This document shows, one piece after another, positions 1-6,500 of a DNA stretch of 15,232 bases (position 1 is its first letter; the number at the start of each line of letters is the position of its first letter). The translations under genes and the position numbers were made by a program. Location of the stretch: NCBI GenBank assembly GCA_050309685.1, contig JBNRMP010000015.1, positions 1-15,232 on the forward strand, in the 5' to 3' direction. The notes under the pieces are model-generated. The model was not told the origin of the DNA, searched no databases, and saw only the letters and a list, made by a program, of their open reading frames with translations. The DNA is from Anaerohalosphaeraceae bacterium (GTDB lineage Bacteria; Planctomycetota; Phycisphaerae; Sedimentisphaerales; Anaerohalosphaeraceae).

Positions 1-3000
1 CGTATCGTCTGGGAAGATCTGACCGACCATCTCAAGACGTTGTCCAGTGGAACGCAAATTGTCAAAGAGCTCGGCCGGCTGCTCATCGCCGCATAAAAAC
101 TATGAAAAAAGTCAGTCAAGTTGAGAAGCTTACCTGTTTTGTTTTTACTGAAGCTGTTTTCATTGAAGCGGTAGAGGGAAACTTCATATTGTTTGAACAA
201 TTCATTCGGATCTTCTCCGGCAAAAGATACCGTGGCCTGGGCAAAATCGATAGTAAACGTGCCCAGGTCCATATTTTGCCCGTCGGGAAAGTTGAACCTC
301 CCCAGTTCCACCCATCGTTCATGACCCTTCAAACCGGCAATTTCGAAAAAGAGGTATCGTGAGCCGGTCGGGATTCCACGGAAAACAAAACGGCCCGTTT
401 CATCGGTCCTTGCATAGGCCGTAAAGGCGGTTTCCCAGTTGCTCGGACTGCCCTTGATAAGCAGGTTGAGCTTGGGGACCGGTTGATTGTCCCGCAGAAT
501 CTTTCCTGTGACGGATGAAAGGCCGCCGAAATCCAGGCTCACGGCCCGATCCTTTTGCGGCAGAATTGATGTTGTTACCACGCCCAGTTTGTTGTCCGGG
601 TCTTCACGATAGCCGTAGCATAGGATTGGTGGCATCTTTTCAATCCAATAGTAGCCGCGGTGGTCGGTGATCACCTTTGCCAATCGGGCTCGCCCCTGCT
701 TCCAATAACTGTAGTCGCTTTCATCAAGAAAATAAAGCGGAGTATCGGGAAGGGGTAATCCGTTCTCATCATAGACGAATCCTTCAATTATGCCGCCTTT
801 GGAGAGGACGACCTGCACCTGCCTGAGGGCATTTCCCTCTGTGGTGATCTGCCGGGTCAGGAGGGCATAATCGGCGTGCTCAAACACGAGCCAGTGCCCT
901 GAAGAATCCTGCTGAAGATCGTTCAGAGTGAACCGACCCTCGGCGTCTGTAATGGCCGCCGGGCGGGAATCGCCCGGTTCATAGCGGAACCGGACCTTGA
1001 CCTCTGGTACGGGCAGACCCTCCTCATTCACAATCGTTCCCTCAATGATCCCATCGGCTTTTACCGGAGACATGGCAATCAGGGTCGGTTCATCGGCATC
1101 AGGCACCATTTCCGGGCTTGGGGTGTAAAAGTACCCTTCCGCTGTCAGCTCCACCCGGCGGCTTTCAGTTCCATACACTTCACAGGTAAATTCTCCCTGC
1201 GGATCTTCATAGGCGATCTGATTGACGGTGAACTTCTCAATGGGCAGATTCGTTTCCCTGTCGATTACCTTTCCCCTTAACACGGTTTGCTTTCTGGTTG
1301 GAATTTGCAAAACCAAGTTGTCCTGGGGAATCTCAATATTTTGAAATTTCATTTTGATCGGTTCACGATCGATCTCAAACGTATAAAGACCCGGCACCAT
1401 GTTCTTAATTTCAAATTCGGTTTTACCCTTTTCCACGTGAACATCATTACGGTTTCCATCGGCGCTGACAGCCCATATCCAAAATCCCGTAGGCGGGGGG
1501 GATCCCATGTATTGAATCGTTACTTTCTGGGTAACTCGCTGTGAGGGAGAAGCGTAAGGAATTGTGATCGCAATCAACCCTGAATCGGGCGGCAACGGTT
1601 CAAATGTGGACCAGATCCCGCTGAAACCAGTCTCCATAGGAACAAAGATTTCCAGTTTGTACTCGCCGGGCAGAATGTTTTTCAGTTCAAAGTAACCCTC
1701 CTGATCAATCGAAGAATGGGGGACACAATAAACGCTGTGCCACCAGGCAGGTTCAGGAGCGATTTTCCATCCGCCAGCGGGCAGGCCGTCTTCGCAAACC
1801 GCCCGGCCAAAAACAGAGATGCCCGGCTGAAGGATGAAACGAAGCTTCTTTTCCTGAAAATGCCTGTCGAATTTGATTTTCTGAAAGGCGGGCGCATATC
1901 CGTTGCCTGTTACGGTAACCTGATATTCTTCGGGTTTGAGCCCGCCGATGAACGCTTTTCCTTTCTCATTGGTTCGCACATCTCGTTTTGGGCCGCGGCC
2001 CACAATATCGGAAACGTACGCCGCATAGACTGAAAATTCCTTGAGGGGCTGGTTGTACTCGTTGACCACTTCCGCTCGGATCTTGCAGCCCTTTTGGAAT
2101 TGATAATGTCGGAAGGTCTGGGTATCCTTTTTCAACTGAATGGTTTCATTCGTATATCTCCATCTTTCAGGGGTAATATAAACAGGGGATTCAAATTCAA
2201 TTATGTAATCTCCATCCGCCTTAATATTCGCGAACCAGTACATTCCGTTTGGATCTGTTTTAGTATGTTGATAGTCATCATTGGGAGAGCAACTTATAGA
2301 GATCTCCAAATCGGCAATTGGCTCGAGTGTATTGACATCGGTGATGAGGCCGCTCAGGACGCCTCGGGGGGTGAACTGGTAGGGCTCAGGGGCAACGGTG
2401 GGTTGTATAGCGGGCTCCTTGAGCTTTGCGGGCGGCTGGGGTTTTGTTTGTTCTTCCACGGCCGCGATGGTTTTCAACTTTGCTTCGTTGATGATCGGAT
2501 CGACGGGCGCTTCCTGCGCTGGCACGGCAGCCGGCTGGGGCTGGGCGGTTGATTGTGGGCTTGCCGCATCCGTCAGGACCGCCTGCACCGGGGGAAGCGA
2601 CGCCGGTTCGGGGTGACTGAGATAGAACAGCAGGCCGGATGTGCCTAGGATCACGGCCGCAGCCGCGGCGGCAATCTTGAGTCCCACAGCGGTCCCGACC
2701 GATGCCGGCGTGGTCCCTGCCGCTGCCCCGGCAAAACCGGCCGGGCCCGTAGTCGTCGCCTCGGCCACGGCGGCGCTGCCGATGGCGATGGAGCCGACGG
2801 CCAGCATGACGGCTTTTGTGAAGCCGGCGCCCGGTTTGGACTTCTGCAGTCCGCGTTCGACCATGGCCTCGACCTCGGCCCTGAGCATCTGGCGGCCGCG
2901 ATGCAGGCGAACGCGGATCGTGGCCTCCTTTTCATCGAGCAGGTCGGCAACCTGCCGAATGGAGCGGTCCTCGCGATAGAAGAGGACGAGGGGGTCGCGG

Positions 3001-3416
3001 TACATTTCGGGGATCCGCATGAGCGCCTGGCTGATCATCGCTTCTTCCTCCCTGGAGATCAGAATTTCGGACGGCCCCGGCTGAGGGCAGGCAGAACCGG
3101 GGAGATCGTTGAGTCTGTCGGTGCAGGCGAGGGGTTCTCTCTTTTTTCGGCGATGATGATTAAGGATGACGCTGCGGGTGATGCTGCACAGCCACGACTT
3201 GAAGCGGGCGGCGTCCTGGAGCTGCGCCAAGCTGCTCCACGCCCGCACGAAGGCCTCCTGGGCCAGCTCCTCGCTGAGGTCGAGGCGGCCGACGGCGCTG
3301 TAGGTGAGGGAACAGACGAGGGATTTGTAGCGGCCCACCAGCCGCTCGAAGGCGCGGGGGTCGCCCCGGAGGCAGGCGGCGATCAAATCCGCCTCTGTGT
3401 GTCCGTTATCTCTCAT
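1..3416 (-). CDS. Partial CDS (C-terminus lies beyond the window start). It is a single-polypeptide ECF sigma-70 factor fused to a hydrophobic transmembrane segment, a Pro/Gln-rich linker, and at least eight CarboxypepD_reg-like (prealbumin-fold) beta-sandwich repeats.
   Basis: Hand translation of minus-strand frame 2 from the ATG at 3414-3416 to position 1 gives about 1138 codons with no stop. The frame was checked at anchor positions 5, 128, 848, 1508 and 2648. No frame-2 minus-strand ORFs appear in the provided track, which fits an ORF that leaves the window. GGAGG lies 6 nt upstream of the ATG. Residues 1-190 show ECF region 2 (...AFERLVGRYKSLVCSLTYSAV...AQEAFVRAWSSLAQL...FKSWLCSITRSVILNHHRRKKRE) and region 4 (...LVLFYREDRSIRQVADLLDEKEATIRVRLHRGRQMLR). 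About 60 hydrophobic residues follow (AVMLAVGSIAIGSAAV...LKIAAAAAAVILGTSGLLFYL). After that come repeated motifs of the form TDxxGxYxF and GRFxFxxIPxGxY, for example TDPNGMYWFANIKADGDY, TDAEGRFTLNDL and RTDETGRFVFRGIPTGSRY. Confidence 0.8.
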   Translation of the reverse strand, partial: MRDNGHTEADLIAACLRGDPRAFERLVGRYKSLVCSLTYSAVGRLDLSEELAQEAFVRAWSSLAQLQDAARFKSWLCSITRSVILNHHRRKKREPLACTDRLNDLPGSACPQPGPSEILISREEEAMISQALMRIPEMYRDPLVLFYREDRSIRQVADLLDEKEATIRVRLHRGRQMLRAEVEAMVERGLQKSKPGAGFTKAVMLAVGSIAIGSAAVAEATTTGPAGFAGAAAGTTPASVGTAVGLKIAAAAAAVILGTSGLLFYLSHPEPASLPPVQAVLTDAASPQSTAQPQPAAVPAQEAPVDPIINEAKLKTIAAVEEQTKPQPPAKLKEPAIQPTVAPEPYQFTPRGVLSGLITDVNTLEPIADLEISISCSPNDDYQHTKTDPNGMYWFANIKADGDYIIEFESPVYITPERWRYTNETIQLKKDTQTFRHYQFQKGCKIRAEVVNEYNQPLKEFSVYAAYVSDIVGRGPKRDVRTNEKGKAFIGGLKPEEYQVTVTGNGYAPAFQKIKFDRHFQEKKLRFILQPGISVFGRAVCEDGLPAGGWKIAPEPAWWHSVYCVPHSSIDQEGYFELKNILPGEYKLEIFVPMETGFSGIWSTFEPLPPDSGLIAITIPYASPSQRVTQKVTIQYMGSPPPTGFWIWAVSADGNRNDVHVEKGKTEFEIKNMVPGLYTFEIDREPIKMKFQNIEIPQDNLVLQIPTRKQTVLRGKVIDRETNLPIEKFTVNQIAYEDPQGEFTCEVYGTESRRVELTAEGYFYTPSPEMVPDADEPTLIAMSPVKADGIIEGTIVNEEGLPVPEVKVRFRYEPGDSRPAAITDAEGRFTLNDLQQDSSGHWLVFEHADYALLTRQITTEGNALRQVQVVLSKGGIIEGFVYDENGLPLPDTPLYFLDESDYSYWKQGRARLAKVITDHRGYYWIEKMPPILCYGYREDPDNKLGVVTTSILPQKDRAVSLDFGGLSSVTGKILRDNQPVPKLNLLIKGSPSNWETAFTAYARTDETGRFVFRGIPTGSRYLFFEIAGLKGHERWVELGRFNFPDGQNMDLGTFTIDFAQATVSFAGEDPNELFKQYEVSLYRFNENSFSKNKTGKLLNLTDFFHSFYAAMSSRPSSLTICVPLDNVLRWSVRSSQTI

Positions 3417-3423
3417 ATCGGGC

Positions 3424-3439
3424 CTCCTTTCGCATTATA
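3424..3439 (-). promoter_or_regulatory. Shine-Dalgarno GGAGG plus a perfect TATAAT hexamer immediately upstream of the sigma-fusion gene.
   Basis: The minus strand reads ...CCGAAGTATAATGCGAAAGGAGGCCCGATATG. GGAGG is plus 3424-3428 and TATAAT is plus 3434-3439. The -10 box sits only about 18 nt from the ATG, so any leader would be very short. No convincing -35 or ECF-type GGAAC/CGTC pair was found. Confidence 0.3.
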
Positions 3440-3593
3440 CTTCGGAATATGAGAAACCGACAGGGGAGAAAGGTTACAAGGGAGGGAAAAATTTTTGGCG
3501 AAAAGCGGGCTGGAAGGAGCCGTCGGCTTGCGTTGCAAACGCGCTGCCGCACGGTTTGCGATTTAAATAGGCGGCTGTCCCTGTTTTTATACC

Positions 3594-6500
3594 CTACGGT
3601 TTCTTCTTTTTGGCGGCGGGTTTGTCCGGGACGTCGGCGGGAAGGGCCGGCGTTTTGCCGGGCTCGAGCGGCGAGGCGTCGTAGCGCTCCTTGAGGGCGT
3701 TGATGAGCCGCTCGTAGCCGGCGATCATCTCCTCAAAGCGGGCGATGAGCATCCGGCAGTACTCCTTGCGGTCGGCATCGGAGCGGCGGACGGGGGTGAG
3801 CCACATCTCCATGGTCCTGAACTGCTCCTCCATGACGGAGGAGAGCGTGTGGAGGTTCTGCTGCTGAAGGGCGGAGCGGATCTGCTGCTCGGAATCGGTC
3901 TGAAAGCGGATGCTCTCGATCACCTGGTTCATGCGGTCGAGGATTTCGCGGCCGATGGTTTGGACGGGATCGTCGGCTTTCGGGGTTGCCGCCGTTTTGA
4001 GGCCGTCGGCGAGCGCATCCTTGATGGATTCGAGGCCCGCGTTCATGCCGTTGAGCTGGCGGATCAGCTTGCCGATACGGTCCTCGTCGTCGGCGCCGAG
4101 GAGCTTGTTGCGGGCGAAGGTCTTCTTGATGTCGGCCCAGCGCTGCGCCTCGGTCTCGCTCAGGCGGCCGGTGAGCTCGCGGAACTTGAGCAGGCTGGCC
4201 TCCGCGCCGCTCGCGAGGGTCTGGGCGTCCTGTTCGTAGTTGGAGAAGATCAGCGTCCAGAGCTCGCGCTCGTTCATAACCGGCAGGACGCCGGCGGCGA
4301 TGCGGTTCATGTTGCGATACGACCCCTGGAGCAGGAAGGGCGGCTCGGTGCGGTACTCATCGGCCTGGGCGGCGGAGAGGATGTACTGCCGATTGACTTT
4401 CAGCACGACCTCGCGGACGACGAAAAGCTTCTTCATGACGGCGACATATTCTTCGAGCTCGTCGGCCCCGTAGGCGCCCTCGAAATCGATGCCGTCCTTT
4501 TGGCCGGTCTCGGCGAGTTTCATGACGGCATAGACGTCGGCCTGGCTGCGGCGGGCGAGCGATTCGAGGACGGGATTGGAGGTCAGGGCGTTCTCGATGT
4601 AGCTGCTCATGAACGCGTCGTAGTTGTCGCCGACGATGTCGCCGATGTTATAGATGTCGGCGCGGTTGCTGAGCATGTCGGGGATCTTGAACTTTTCGCC
4701 GCTTTCGGTATAGGGGTTGCCGGCCATGACGACGCAGACGCGCTTGCCGCGGAGGTCGTAGGTGCGCGGGCGGCCCTCGTGGATGCCCTCGATTTTGCGC
4801 TGGGCGTCGCACAGCGAGATGAACTTCTGGAGGAACTCGGGGCTCGTGTGCTGGATGTCGTCGATATAGATCATCACGTTGTCGCCCATCTCGAAGGAAA
4901 GGTTGAGCTTTTGGATTTCCTCGCGGGCGGCGGCGTTGGGGGCCTCGGCGGGATCGAGCGAGATGACCCGGCGGCCCAGCGCCGGGCCGTTGATCTTGAC
5001 GAAGGTGAGCCCCAGCCGGTTGGCGACGTACTCCATGAGCGTCGTCTTGCCGTAGCCCGGCGGCGAGATCAGCAGCAGCAGGCCCTGGCGGTCGGTGCGC
5101 TTGGTCTCATCGGCCGTGCCGATCTGTTTGGCGAGGTTGGCGCCGATGAGGGGCAGGTAAACCGTGTCGATGAGCTTATTGCGGACGAAAGTGCTCATGA
5201 CGCGCGGCTGGAACTGGTCGAGGCGGTAGCGCTGGGCGAACTCGTCGATACGCCGCTTCTTGCAGTCGCGGAAGGCGACGAAGCGAGGAACGACGTGCTT
5301 TTCGTGGTGCGTGAGGCGATGGATAAAATTGCAGAGGTTCAGCGTGTACGTGCCCTTCGCGATTGTCGGGTGATCGCTCCGGAGGCCGTCCAGGCGGCGC
5401 TCGACCGACTGTCGGACGATGCGGCGGTCGGCGGCGGGCTCCATGAGGGCGACGGCGGCCTCATGGATGACGCCGGGGTCGGGGTCGAGACCCTCTTTAT
5501 TCTGGTACGAGTGCAGGGCCGCGCAGAGCAGGTCGAAGGCGCCGGCGGGGTCGTCGGCGAGGGCGTCGAGCGAGGTCTGAAGCTGTTTTTCGAAGCCGTT
5601 TTGCGCGAGATGGGCGCGGAAGGAATGGGCCAGGTCGGCGGCGGGGCCGCTGAGAATGAAGGAGTCGCCGAGGGCAAGCTCCTCGAAGAGATATTCGGCG
5701 GCGAACTCGAGTTGGCCGTCAAGCAGGCGGCCGGATTGCCTGGCGAAGACCTCCAGCGGTCCCATGAGCTGGGCCGGGAAGTCCTCGCGGCCGCGGTCGG
5801 CGTCAAAGAGAGTGCGAACAACGCCGGCGCCGCGGATGCGGGCGGCAAGCCGCCCCTTGTCCTGGAGCGGGCAGAACCAGTTCCAGAACAGCCGGGCCGC
5901 CGCGCGAACCTGCGGCGCAAAGCGGAGCAGGTCGATGACGTCGTAGAGATCGCAGAGGGCGTCGAGCAGCCGGACGGCATCGGCGTCGTGGACGCCCTTG
6001 ATGTAGCCCTCCTCGAAACGCGGCCCCATGAAGGTCTGCACGGCGGCGAGCTTGGCTTCGGGGCTCTGCCGCAGCCAGGCGGGACCGCGGACGGCGAACT
6101 GTTCGCGAATGGGTTTGAACATCTGCCAGGCAAGATACTCCGCGCGGCTGACGGCGGGGCTTTCGGAAGGCCGTTCGAGGTTCCACAGGTCGGCAGCGCT
6201 GACGATCTCCTCGTCCTCCAGCGGCTGGAAGAGGCCCGTGCCCGCGAGATGGTAAAACATCCGCCCCTCACGGCAGACGACAGCGCCTTCGAGGGCCTGG
6301 CGGTTGACGGAGAAGCGGTAACTGCCGAGGCGGATGATGCTCTCGCCGTCCTCGTAGAGGGCTTGCCTGTCCTTGAGCTGGCGAACGGCGTCCTGCCGGA
6401 GCGTTTTCAGGCGGCCCTTGACGTCCTCGGCCTTGACCGAGTCGCCCAGGTCGGTCAGTTGGGCAATCGTCTCGCGAATGCGCTCGACCATGCGGTCGGC

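Noticed and set aside
1495-1501. A G7/C7 homopolymer inside the sigma-fusion ectodomain coding region (it encodes SPPP), considered as a slipped-strand phase-variation site.
   Set aside because: Seven bases is short for a reliable phase-variation tract. It more likely reflects Pro codons. Only length polymorphism in population data would revive the idea.
2641-3452. Plus-strand ORFs (2641..2979, 2901..3452) and the minus-strand 2651..2950 ORF inside the sigma-fusion gene.
   Set aside because: They are wrong-frame or antisense shadows. The in-frame minus-strand reading gives canonical ECF regions 2 and 4.
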